63,998 nucleotides of DNA, filler included, from Octopus bimaculoides (GCF_001194135.2; 7 parts of 6 records of this genome joined end to end with filler, not necessarily neighbours in it), one strand, 5' to 3'. Counted from the first letter of the whole stretch, positions 1-11,060 are shown. Numbers and translations are program-made. Notes: generated by a model from the sequence alone, not told the origin.

Positions 1-61
1 TATATATATATATATATATATTTATAGTCTGAGTTTGTGTAAGCTCATGGGAATATTATTA

Positions 62-468
62 TTGGCAGAATCGGTAGAGTATCGTACAAAATGCTCTAAG
101 ATATTCCTGCACCACTTTGCGTTCTTAGTTCAAAAACCTCTGATGTCGAATTTGTTGTTCATCCTTTCTGGATCGATAACATAAGTATCGATCAAGTAAT
201 GGGGTCAGTACAATTGACTTCGTCCTCCTCTCAAATTTATTGGCCTTTTTCCAAAATAAGAATCGTCACGTAGCAGAATCGTTTGTACGCCGGACAAAAT
301 GGTTAGCGGCATTTCGTGAGTCTGTATGTTCTGAGTTCAAATTCCGCTGAGGCCCATATTGATTTTTATCTTAAGGGGTCGAGAAAATAAGCACCAGTTA
401 TATACTAGGATCGATGTAATCGCCTTACCTCTCCCCCGAAATTGCTGGCCTTGTGCCAAAATTTGAAG
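62..468 (+). mobile_element. Two tandem copies of tRNA-derived SINE family A (about 62-265 degenerate, 270-468)
   Basis: Head with A-box-like TGGCAGAATCG and B-box GAGTTCAAATTCC, central CATCCTTTC..GGTCGATAA..AAGTACCAG-like motif, 3' GGCCTTGTGCCAAAATTTGAA running into (ATC)n/(ATT)n. Matches more than 10 other copies in the window. Confidence 0.8.
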
Positions 469-513
469 TCATCATCACCATCATCATCATCATCATCATT
501 GTTATTATCATCA

Positions 514-589
<76 letters not shown>
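469..589. repeat. (ATC)n/(ATT)n microsatellite
   Basis: Direct reading. Confidence 0.95.
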
Positions 590-927
590 CGTCATTTCCT
601 TTGCACAGCTTCTAACACTGGAGATGTACTACAATGTCAGCTGTTCACTACCAGTGAACTAATGTAACACCTCTTATTTTCGAGCACCTTCCGGAGTATT
701 CAAGTGGTTCCAAGCAGTGCAGTTTTCTGCAAGTACTCCACCCTTACTGCAGCCCCTATTTGTTCCACGTACTTCTCAAGATTTTTGCTCACTGTTCCCA
801 GGGCTCCGACAATCATTGGTACTACTGCTACCTCTTTCATCGACCACAACTGCTTAACTTCCCAAGCTAACCTGTCATATCTATCGACTTTTCTTTCTTC
901 CTTATCGCATACCTTGTTGTCAGCTGG
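590..927 (-). mobile_element. 5'-truncated R4/Dong-clade non-LTR retrotransposon (RLE endonuclease C-terminus plus 3' UTR)
   Basis: Minus-strand translation PADNKVCDKEERKVDRYDRLAWEVKQLWSMKEVAVVPMIVGALGTVSKNLEKYVEQIG...LQKTALLGTT*ILRKVLE is the typical R4/Dong C-terminus, with one internal stop. Flanked by microsatellites on both sides. Confidence 0.8.
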
Positions 928-955
928 CTACTACTACTACTACTACTACTACTAC

Positions 956-1033
<78 letters not shown>
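928..1033. repeat. (CTA)n/(TTA)n microsatellite
   Basis: Direct reading. Confidence 0.95.
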
Positions 1034-1035
<2 letters not shown>

Positions 1036-1137
1036 TGGCGCTTCTCTCACATATCGAGATCACTTCATTTTGTCATACAGATTTACTGCGAGATGTATTG
1101 AAACATATCTGCGTGTATGTATGTTTGTATGCGTGCA

Positions 1138-1184
<47 letters not shown>

Positions 1185-1771
1185 AAATACACACACACAA
1201 ACATACACACACACACTCACGTGCACATTTACATACACATATGAGTACATGCACGTGTATGTATACGTTGGTATGTCTAAACAGAATATCGTATCAAACA
1301 ATACAATTTTATTCGTAACCCATCTCATCGCCCCTGGGTAAGCCTTCTGCCTAAAGTTCTTTATTTTGAGTATTGACAATTAAGAATTGTTGGCGAAAAT
1401 CATGGAATCCCAGATATTTATGGCGATGGTAAAATATTGTTACGATGAATAATGAACAGGATACCAATGTTAACATTAAAAAATTAGGTTTAAGCTAGAT
1501 TCAAGTAGGATCTCCTCCTACTTTAAACGTGTGTGTGTGTGAAGGGGAAACGAAAAAATTTCTTTAAAATAACCTATTCTAACGTAATGTAGGTATGGAG
1601 ATTAATGGTAGCTGGCAGAATGGAAGGCAGCGCTATGAAACAGCTAGTTGAAGAGTTTGACCTTTCGATGTTGCTCAAAACAGCTGTTGAGAGGCAAAAG
1701 GAAAAAAGATGTCGGAGTAGAGTAGGCAGCTGTCGTCTGCTCAGATTTACCCCCTTCCTCCTATAGACACA

Positions 1772-1813
<42 letters not shown>

Positions 1814-3124
1814 CCACCACCACCACCACCACCTTCACTGCACTTTTCGCGCCCCTCCTCTCAACATCAACACCACCAACAATGAGAGAAGATTANNNNN
1901 NNNNNNNNNNNNNNNNNNNNNNNNNNNNNNNNNNNNNNNNNNNNNNNNNNNNNNNNNNNNNNNNNNNNNNNNNNNNNNNNNNNNNNNNNNNNNNNNNNNN
2001 NNNNNNNNNNNNNNNNNNNNNNNNNNNNNNNNNNNNNNNNNNNNNNNNNNNNNNNNNNNNNNNNNNNNNNNNNNNNNNNNNNNNNNNNNNNNNNNNNNNN
2101 NNNNNNNNNNNNNNNNNNNNNNNNNNNNNNNNNNNNNNNNNNNNNNNNNNNNNNNNNNNNNNNNNNNNNNNNNNNNNNNNNNNNNNNNNNNNNNNNNNNN
2201 NNNNNNNNNNNNNNNNNNNNNNNNNNNNNNNNNNNNNNNNNNNNNNNNNNNNNNNNNNNNNNNNNNNNNNNNNNNNNNNNNNNNNNNNNNNNNNNNNNNN
2301 NNNNNNNNNNNNNNNNNNNNNNNNNNNNNNNNNNNNNNNNNNNNNNNNNNNNNNNNNNNNNNNNNNNNNNNNNNNNNNNNNNNNNNNNNNNNNNNNNNNN
2401 NNNNNNNNNNNNNNNNNNNNNNNNNNNNNNNNNNNNNNNNNNNNNNNNNNNNNNNNNNNNNNNNNNNNNNNNNNNNNNNNNNNNNNNNNNNNNNNNNNNN
2501 NNNNNNNNNNNNNNNNNNNNNNNNNNNNNNNNNNNNNNNNNNNNNNNNNNNNNNNNNNNNNNNNNNNNNNNNNNNNNNNNNNNNNNNNNNNNNNNNNNNN
2601 NNNNNNNNNNNNNNNNNNNNNNNNNNNNNNNNNNNNNNNNNNNNNNNNNNNNNNNNNTATATATATGTATATATGTATATATATATATAGATATATATAT
2701 ATATATATATATATATAGACGCTTAGACATACCAACAATCAGCAACAATGTCGGCAATGACAAGAAGAAGATAAAGAAAAGCACAAAAACAAAGAAAGTA
2801 ACAATGATAAAACAGTGGTAAAACAAAACATTAATTAACAGAAAAGTATTTTCCCCACTTCTATAAGACCTGCATGGGCGCTTTGTGATGAAACCCACAG
2901 GGTTTCCAGTTATGACGACAAGGGTGCAGAAGCGTGTTGAGGGGATATGAAAGAACACATGCATACATATACGCAATATAAATGTGTGTACACGTACATA
3001 CATACATACACACACACACACACTCACACACACACACATATGGATAAATATATGTGTATGTATATACGTATAAGCATGTATGTATATATATACACATATA
3101 TATATATATATGCATTTGACCGTT

Positions 3125-3341
3125 GACTGAACACTATTCAATTTTTTTTCTCCGTGTTTTTCTCCTTGTCTCCGTATTCTTTCTGTTGAAGAGCGTAGCT
3201 CGAAACGTCAAAGACTTTCCGTATTCCCGAGCGTCATACTAATATATACTTTTGTTATTTACACCACCTGTCCTCGTCTGTTGTTATTATTTGTATATTC
3301 TCCCATATATACATATATATATATATATGCATTTGACCGTT
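3125..3341 (+). repeat. 217-bp tandem unit, probably a Penelope-like terminal repeat or retrozyme unit
   Basis: ATATATATATGCATTTGACCGTT recurs ending at 3124 and at 3341. The unit contains a hammerhead-like motif and the array runs into an N gap. Confidence 0.55.
3178..3214 (+). ncRNA. Minimal type I hammerhead-ribozyme-like motif (A6U variant)
   Basis: TCTTT-CTGTTGA-A-GAGC-GTA-GCTC-GAAA-CG-TC-AAAGA. Helix I is TCTTT/AAAGA, helix II is GAGC/GCTC, helix III is the palindromic ACGT and the cleavage triplet is GUC. Confidence 0.6.
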
Positions 3342-3829
3342 NNNNNNNNNNNNNNNNNNNNNNNNNNNNNNNNNNNNNNNNNNNNNNNNNNNNNNNNNNN
3401 NNNNNNNNNNNNNNNNNNNNNNNNNNNNNNNNNNNNNNNNNNNNNNNNNNNNNNNNNNNNNNNNNNNNNNNNNNNNNNNNNNNNNNNNNNNNNNNNNNNN
3501 NNNNNNNNNNNNNNNNNNNNNNNNNNNNNNNNNNNNNNNNNNNNNNNNNNNNNNNNNNNNNNNNNNNNNNNNNNNNNNNNNNNNNNNNNNNNNNNNNNNN
3601 NNNNNNNNNNNNNNNNNNNNNNNNNNNNNNNNNNNNNNNNNNNNNNNNNNNNNNNNNNNNNNNNNNNNNNNNNNNNNNNNNNNNNNNNNNNNNNNNNNNN
3701 NNNNNNNNNNNNNNNNNNNNNNNNNNNNNNNNNNNNNNNNNNNNNNNNNNNNNNNNNNNNNNNNNNNNNNNNNNNNNNNNNNNNNNNNNNNNNNNNNNNN
3801 NNNNNNNNNNNNNNNNNNNNNNNNNNNNN

Positions 3830-3862
<33 letters not shown>

Positions 3863-3956
3863 ATATATTTATATATTAATGATTGTTTTTATTTGAAGGG
3901 TTAATTTGTACTTTTGTAGAGTACACATTCTTTGTCCTTAAGCACGAATATTACTA

Positions 3957-4001
3957 GCAGTGACTTCGAAGTTTCGGCTAGAGAAGCCATCATCGGACTG
4001 C
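3957..4001 (-). ncRNA. Minimal type I hammerhead-ribozyme-like motif (U4C variant)
   Basis: Minus strand reads GCAGT-CCGATGA-T-GGCT-TCTCT-AGCC-GAAAC-TTCGAA-GTC-ACTGC: perfect 5-bp helix I, 4-bp helix II, palindromic helix III, GUC triplet. Confidence 0.65.
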
Positions 4002-4006
4002 TTATT

Positions 4007-4051
4007 GCAATCCGATGATGGCTTCGCTAGCCGAAAGTTCGAAGCCAGCAT
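4007..4051 (+). ncRNA. Degenerate hammerhead-like motif, inverted partner of 3957-4001
   Basis: GCAAT-CCGATGA-T-GGCT-TCGCT-AGCC-GAAAG-TTCGAA-GCC. C15.2 and U16.1 are mutated. Confidence 0.45.
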
Positions 4052-4076
4052 CAAAAATACTCCTGTGTAAGAATAA

Positions 4077-4560
4077 TGTGTAGTGCCGAAGATCCCAACA
4101 TCCCTGTCAAAATACAGGACCAGATACTGCAACAGCTTGGGTTTCGAGGGCCCACAGCTCTTCAACATCCTCCCAAATTGCCTGAGAGACCTGCATGGTG
4201 TGGATGTAGGTTTCTTCAAAACAAAACTGGATCTCCTCCTGTCAAGGATTGCAGATGAGCCTACCACGCGGCAGGAAACGCAGGTGAAAGCAGCAGCATC
4301 AAACTCCCTCATTCACCAAATGGCGGGGAGGGGATAGTCGATTACATCGACCCCTGTACTCAACTGGTACTTAATTCATCGACCCCGAAATGATGAAAGG
4401 CAAAGTCGGCCTCGGCGGAATTTGAAATCAGAACGTAGCGACGGGCGAAATACTCCTAAGCATTTCGCCCGTCGTGGAGGTTTCACATAATGGTGTAGCA
4501 CAGCCAACTTTGGTGCCCCAGCATGACTGCAGCTTTGAAGCTTAAGCAATTTAAAGATTT
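4077..4560 (+). mobile_element. CR1/L2-group (Crack/Proto2-like) LINE 3' fragment, interrupted by a SINE
   Basis: Frame reads ...RYCNSLGFEGPQLFNILPNCLRDLHGVDVGFFKTKLDLLLSRIADEP...AAASNSLIHQM, a typical ORF2 C-terminus of this group. The 3' UTR resumes at about 4477 after the SINE. Clade assignment is from recall. Confidence 0.7.
4323..4476 (-). mobile_element. SINE family A, truncated at both ends
   Basis: Reverse complement of the family A body (GATTACATCGACCCC...GATGAAAGGCAAAGTCG...GAATTTGAA.TCAGAACGT). Confidence 0.85.
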
Positions 4561-4574
4561 GCAACAGCTGGGCT

Positions 4575-4797
4575 GAAGGACCTGAGAGAGGGGTGGATGT
4601 AGGGCGTCTTTAAAACGAAACTAGATCTCTTACTGTCAAGAGTCCCAGGTGAACCAACTTCACAGCAGGAAGTGCAAATGAGGGCAGTGGCGTCAAACTC
4701 CCTAATGCACCAAATGCCAAATTCCAAAATGAATTAGTGAAGTAAAAGTCATGTAGCAACACTAAACGGCGTTGCCCCAGCATGGCCACACAGCCAT
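4575..4797 (+). mobile_element. Second diverged 3' end of the same LINE group
   Basis: VDVGVFKTKLDLLLSRVPGEPTSQQEVQMRAVASNSLMHQMPNSKMN* followed by a 3' UTR with TGCCCCAGCATGGCC, then a simple-repeat tail. Confidence 0.7.
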
Positions 4798-4808
4798 ATA
4801 TATGTCTG

Positions 4809-4857
<49 letters not shown>

Positions 4858-4875
4858 AGTGCTTATATATCTATG

Positions 4876-5240
4876 ACTGTGTGATAAGTAGCTTGCTTAT
4901 CAACCCCATGATTCGGGTTCAGTCCCACTGCGTGACACCATGGGCAAGTGTTTTCTACTATTGCCTCTGGCCGACCAAAGCTTTGTGAGGGAATTTGGTA
5001 GACAGAAACTGAAAGAAGCCCGACGTATATGTGTGTGTGTGTGTGTGTTTGGCCCCCGACCATCACTTGACAACCGATCTAGGTGTGTTTACGTCCTCGT
5101 AACTTAGCGTTTCGGTGGAAGAGAAGGATAGAATAAATACTAGGCTTAGAAAGAATAAGTCCTGGGGTCGATTTGTCCGATTAAAAGCGGTGCTCCAGCA
5201 TGGCCGCAGTCAAATGATTGAAACAAGTAAAGGAATAAAA
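4876..5240 (+). mobile_element. tRNA-derived SINE family B, near full length
   Basis: Head with GGGTTCAGTCCC B-box, CORE-like CCATGGGCAAGTG, internal (TG)n, 3' GGTGCTCCAGCATGGCCGCAGTCAAATGATTGAAACAAGTAAAG. Recurs in the window. Confidence 0.85.
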
Positions 5241-5303
5241 AAAAAATACATAAGCATATATATATATATATAGACACGCACATACAAACATACATACATA
5301 TAC

Positions 5304-5368
<65 letters not shown>

Positions 5369-5455
5369 TATCTTGAGTTATAAACACTTTAACTTCATTG
5401 TATAATGGGTATTTATTAAATTGTTATAAGGGCCCAGCAATGTCTTCGAAGCTGC

Positions 5456-5498
5456 AAGCCCGACGAAGGCTTAGCAGGCCTAAACTTCGAAGTCACTT
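5456..5498 (+). ncRNA. Degenerate hammerhead-like motif of the TTCGAA-helix III family
   Basis: AAGC-CCGACGA-A-GGC-TTAGCAG-GCC-TAAAC-TTCGAA-GTC-ACTT. 16 nt are an exact inverted match to 3959-3974. G12 is mutated. Confidence 0.45.
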
Positions 5499-5551
5499 TC
5501 ATCTCTTTTCTTGTAAAAATAAGTATGCCCCTGCGCGCGCGTGCGTATGTA

Positions 5552-5605
<54 letters not shown>

Positions 5606-5798
5606 TGTAAAAGACAAACTGACTTTACGTAGCATTAATGCGATTGCGTTTCTCACATTTAGATTCAATTCGCGACTCTAACAATCTCCGAAATATGTCA
5701 TCCATTATATTTTGTTGATTTGTTGTTGTTTTCGCATTCTTTTCTTGTGTCTGTATCCTTTCTCTTCCACTCCCCTATTTCATTATCTCATTTCACAC

Positions 5799-5829
<31 letters not shown>

Positions 5830-6544
5830 CTGTTTTTGTTCTACCTTTTTTTACTTTGCTTTTTACTCTCTTTTTCTCTCTTCTGTTCTATTTAAAAGGA
5901 AATGACAAGCATTTCCGTTGAATACACCATCTTAGATGTACGAGGACATTTGTAAAATCTCAAAAATGTTTCTCGGCTCATCGACGGCAAAAAAACTTTT
6001 CGTTCGTCGACCAAGCTGAATGGCAGGCCAAATAAAAACGCAAGAGAGAGAGAGAGAGAGTGAGAGAGAGAGGGGGAGTAAGAGAGAGAGAGAGAGAGGA
6101 AGAGAGAGAAATGAACGTAAAATACAGGGAAATCATGTGTTGGGTAAAGATGGCCTGACTAAAAAGGAAGCTTCTTGTTCTTAAGTTACCATCACAAACC
6201 ATGTTGGCTCGAGTTTAAGATATGACGGTCTTGTGTGACTAGACTCCAAGCAATTAATAGTATTGCTAGCTTTTACCGCTGTATCCATCAATTAGATTTT
6301 ACATTGAGACTCTAAGAAGCTTATTGTTGTTGTCATGTAGTGAAAAGATTCTTATTATGGACAGATATCGTTAAATTATCCAGTCTATGATGGCGACTAA
6401 TCAAATGATGATGGCTGCTTCCATCTAGAAGATGCATTAACCAACAAGAATTCCCAGAAAGCTTCAACAGAAAATCATTACCACCACCACCACCACCACC
6501 ACCAACACCACCATGATCATCATCATCCTTATTATTATCATAAC

Positions 6545-6630
6545 CAGCGGTGAATTGGTAGAACCACAAGCGCGCCGGGCTAAATGCTTAGCGGCATTTC
6601 GCCCGTCTTTACGTTCTGAGTTCAAATTCC
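6545..6630 (+). mobile_element. SINE family A 5' fragment
   Basis: GCGCGCCGGGCTAAATGCTTAGCGGCATTTCGCCCGTCTTTACGTTCTGAGTTCAAATTCC. Confidence 0.8.
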
Positions 6631-7170
6631 TGACGAGAATAGGGGCTAACAGTTGGTCCCAAACTCCTCGGAAGACGGAAACATCCGAACCAGAATCTTG
6701 CAACTGGATTTAGCCTAAAGGAATACCCAGGACAAACGTATATGTGTACACACACACACACACACGTATACATATACATCTGTTTGTACATACGTATGTG
6801 TCTATATCTATATCTATACGCACATACACATACACACACACACGCTCATATATATATATATATATATATATANNNNNNNNNNNNNNNNNNNNNNNNNNNN
6901 NNNNNNNNNNNNNNNNNNNNNNNNNNNNNNNNNNNNNNNNNNNNNNNNNNNNNNNNNNNNNNNNNNNNNNNNNNNNNNNNNNNNNNNNNNNNNNNNNNNN
7001 NNNNNGGATTTAAATATTTAATAAATATTAACATTAAAATTGTGAAACCATAAATCTATTCATTATTCTATAAACTAAGATTAAATTAAATTTTACAAAT
7101 TCACTCCATCGGCAAAACCATCATAATTACGTGGAAGGTAATAAAGAAAGAAATAATAACAACAACCATG

Positions 7171-7250
<80 letters not shown>
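7171..7250. repeat. (AAT)n microsatellite
   Basis: Direct reading. Confidence 0.95.
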
Positions 7251-7252
<2 letters not shown>

Positions 7253-7483
7253 AAGTTGAAGGTTACATATAATCTAACAAGTTATTTTTTTTATCAAAAC
7301 TTCCAGCATATTTTGAATCTGCAAATTAAAGGATTAATGCGAAAAGTATTGAAAAATATTTAAGGAAAAAAAGAAAAATTAATATTCACAATCCACACAA
7401 ATTTGATTTATTGTTTTTAAAAATCCTAATAAAACAGGATACAAGATGTATTACATCAAAATATTCTGTTTGACTCACTCCCG

Positions 7484-7680
7484 CCACCGCTTAGCACCCG
7501 GTGTTGGTCTGCTGTCGGTGTTGGTCTGTTGTTAGCGGTTCGGCGAAAGAGACAGAAAACATGAACACCAAACTTTAAAAAAAAGAAACAATACTGGAGT
7601 TGATTTGTTCGACAAAAACTCTTCCAGACGGTGCCCCAGTATGGCCGCAGTTCAATACTTGAATCAAGTAAAATATAAGT
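7484..7680 (+). mobile_element. SINE family B 3' half
   Basis: TTAGCGGTTCGGCGAAAGAGAC...GATTTGTTCGAC...GGTGCCCCAGTATGGCCGCAG. Confidence 0.7.
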
Positions 7681-9115
7681 GATAGTACTTATTAATATCA
7701 TGCCGTAATTATATACTAATTTGTGAGCATCCTTTGAATATGATTGTAGACGTTTCCGAATTTGATCGTAGACATACAAGTTCAAATATTATTATAACAG
7801 CACAACAATTTCCCATCCTCTCACCGTGCGCTTTCAACAAAGAAGTAATTACAGAGCGCAACATCACAAAACAATAAATCTAGACGTTAAAATATTGGTG
7901 GACAACACGTCTATACTTTGAAAAATTCCTCACAGAAAAAGACAATGATGAAAGCAATTCTCACAGCAAAACACAATAATCAATATATATATATATATTG
8001 CGCTACGTGCCATTATTTTGTTGTCTTTTTGTGAGTAACACTTTAGGGCTTGAAGCTGTTGAATTCGTTCCAATTTATAAGATATTTACTTTCTAAATAA
8101 TTGGACACGATAATTCAATACAGGCTGAAATCGCTCTGTATCTTTATTTCATTTGTCTCATAATGCTTAATGAAATAGTTTGCTAAATTAGTCAGCAGCG
8201 TCTCTACTTAGATGTTCGGTTTGTCTTTTGTATTTGCAAGTTCATTCTAAATTCTAAAGTTTTTAAACTTTGTGCATTGTTAGAAACTTTCCTTATTTCT
8301 TATTTCATTCATTATCCTACTTAACTAATCTTTTCTTATCTCTGGACGATGGAAAATAAAAGTAATGAGAGGGAGTGAGTAAAAGTCAGAGAGGCCAAAT
8401 GCAGGTGAACTGTAACGAGATTTTAATCAAAATGAAACTAAATTTTGTCGTAAATTATGATAAATTTATTTTATCAATTTGTTGTTTTGACTTGAACACA
8501 GTGACGTAGCAAGCTAGGACTTTCTATAGTTGACATGTATTTTTTTGTCATTGTTGGGCTACGGTTAGACCCAAACATGACTATCAATAATTACAGGTAT
8601 GACATATACTATGCAAGATAAATTCTTGCTTTATTAAATCATCTCCGCCCCGAGAGAATGTTGTAATTTTACTAAATAGCAATTGAGACCTGCTTCACAT
8701 GAGAATGAGAAATACTCTCAAGATTCAAGAATTTACCAAAAGGAGGATTCTACATCAAGGAAAATGATGAGTTTATCAGTTTTGAGACAAAAGGACTGTC
8801 GTAGGTACATGTTTCTGCCTCAACAGCAGTCATCAGAACGATAGTTGTCCAACCTTATCTCCAGCAATCATAGGACTTAGATTTATACTAAAAAAAAGAA
8901 AAAGAGTCGAACACATTTATGACCAAGGTGATTTGCATAATTTAAACAGAAAATGAGCTGAAAGAAATAACACGAAGAAGAAACTAAAGACTGTTAACCT
9001 AAATTTCTCAAGAAACATTACAAGACGAAATATTTAAGTGATACTCAATCTTGATGAAGGATTTTCTTATCTCCCTTCCTTTCCCTTTCTTATACTCAGA
9101 CAAACTCTTCTACAC

Positions 9116-9159
<44 letters not shown>

Positions 9160-9887
9160 TTCCATGTGCACCTACACACATACACTTACCCATACAAACA
9201 TTTGCAAACATTTTTATAAGAACAACACAAAATGATATTGTTATATTCATTTCCATTTTAAAATTTTATAATTCTTTCCATATAACGGGATTTTTCTTAA
9301 GCAACCCAAATCACAAAACTTTTACTGCTTCAGAACAAAAGCAATTCAGAATCTACCAATATACGCCTGTGTATACATACTTTTTCACCCATTTGTTTTT
9401 ATAGTTTATAATTGATTTATGTAGCCAGTCAGTAGAAGTTCTTGCCATATGACTACCGGCTGTATAACTAAAGAATTGTTGCCGTCACGCTGATAGATCT
9501 TGGAATTTAACATCGACCAATATCTTCATCTTAGGTGACAAACTTTTCAATGGTTGACATACTTGCCATTGCTGGCAACGGCTGGCATTCCAACCACGAT
9601 TGAGGTATGTCTTTCTCCTGTTCTTTCACTCCATCTTACTAGGTTTTGTATCCAACTTCTTTATGTTTGTGGGTACAGAAATATCTTCGGATGTATATTT
9701 ATGTTGGCGGGGCGTAAGAATTTCCACACGCGAGCGCATGTGTTGTATGTATGTATGTATGTATGTATGTATGTATGTATGTATGTATGTATGTTGCACT
9801 TATATATCTGTGTGTGTATGAGTGTGTGTATACACATACATAAATGACTCTATGTATGCACGTATGTATGTCTGTCTGTACGTGTAT

Positions 9888-9922
<35 letters not shown>

Positions 9923-10152
9923 NNNNNNNNNNNNNNNNNNNNNNNNNNNNNNNNNNNNNNNNNNNNNNNNNNNNNNNNNNNNNNNNNNNNNNNNNNNNAT
10001 ATGTATGTATTTATATGCATACATATATACATATACATGTATATAAAGATACATGCGTACATACTTCTGATTACAGATATTTTGGAAAATGTATGTATAC
10101 GTCTATGTATATATGTATGCATACATATATATGTGTATGTGTTTATAAAGTA

Positions 10153-10205
<53 letters not shown>

Positions 10206-10829
10206 AATAGATGCAAGAGTGGGTATGTATGTGTACTGAAGAATTGTGTTCTTACAGTGTTTTTGTTGATGTTTTGACTGGAAAAATGTGTTGGTGGAGA
10301 GGAAAACAATGGCGTGTTAAAATTGTAAGCAATTTTGCGGTTGTTTCCCGTGTTTTTGCTTAAACACAAACTAGAAATGGCAAGAAGCTGAGGTAGGAAA
10401 AATATTATTAGTGTTGAGAAGTAGTCAAACAGCTGTGATGCCTTGTTTTCCAATGACCTGTTATTAATAGTATTTGTGTTTAGCCAGTGCTGAAGTGACA
10501 GTCACTTTGGACAAAGTTATCAAGATGGCTACAGCAGGTGTTAATAAGATTGCGGACCGGTTCAGCAACTATTACATTATAATTGAGTCAACTTAGACAA
10601 ATTTGCTAATGTTTTCCCCCACCGCAACAAGATGTCTTATCGACCTTAAACCATTCACAAGTCACTAAATAACGCCACATGGATTGATTACCATTTTGTC
10701 TTCGGGATTTTTTAAAGGATTTCTTCCAGGTTGAACTACTTTCGAATGGACTCTCCTTGGTAAATTATGGATCTTTTATACAATTTTTTTATTTAGGAGT
10801 TTTCCTTTGACGATGTTTTGCTGTTGTTG

Positions 10830-11060
10830 TGATTGTTGTTCTTTAGTCTCAAGTGAGCCAACAAGCCCATGGCCAAAGTAGATCTTGTCACTATCCCAGC
10901 GTTTCCCGAGTTATAGTGTACCTTGGATGATACTATCAAACGTGGCCGTGATTGTTTATTTCTAGAATGATATTGTAAGGTAGGTGAGAGAGGCCAGACC
11001 TAGCCAGTTTGAACGTAAAGCAAGTAGAATATTCAGACCGGATATGACCGGTTTAAATGT
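10830..11060. repeat. Dispersed repeat family with a (CAA)/(TTG) end; related segments near 32245-32310, 40495-40610, 42765-42835 and 47050-47172
   Basis: Shared degenerate motif TTGTTGTTTAG.CCC.GGTCAGC...GATC..CAG.....TGATCAAAG.CATTCCAGC.GTGAC seen in both orientations. Confidence 0.45.

Noticed and set aside
704-1318. Long ORFs with poly-Y, poly-I, poly-L, HT/CV/YI repeats or X runs throughout the track
   Set aside because: Produced by microsatellites or N gaps that lack stop codons; no domain content.
1648-1688. TTGAAGAG...CTCAAAACAGCTGTT hammerhead-like string
   Set aside because: C3 and G12 are both wrong, and neither helix I nor a convincing helix II forms; compatible with chance.
3960-4045. 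Pre-miRNA interpretation of the long hairpin
   Set aside because: Better explained as two inverted copies of a hammerhead-bearing repeat, with a third relative at 5456.
9535-9604. AG...GTATGT-bounded 70-nt candidate exon
   Set aside because: All three frames contain a stop codon and no homology is recognised.
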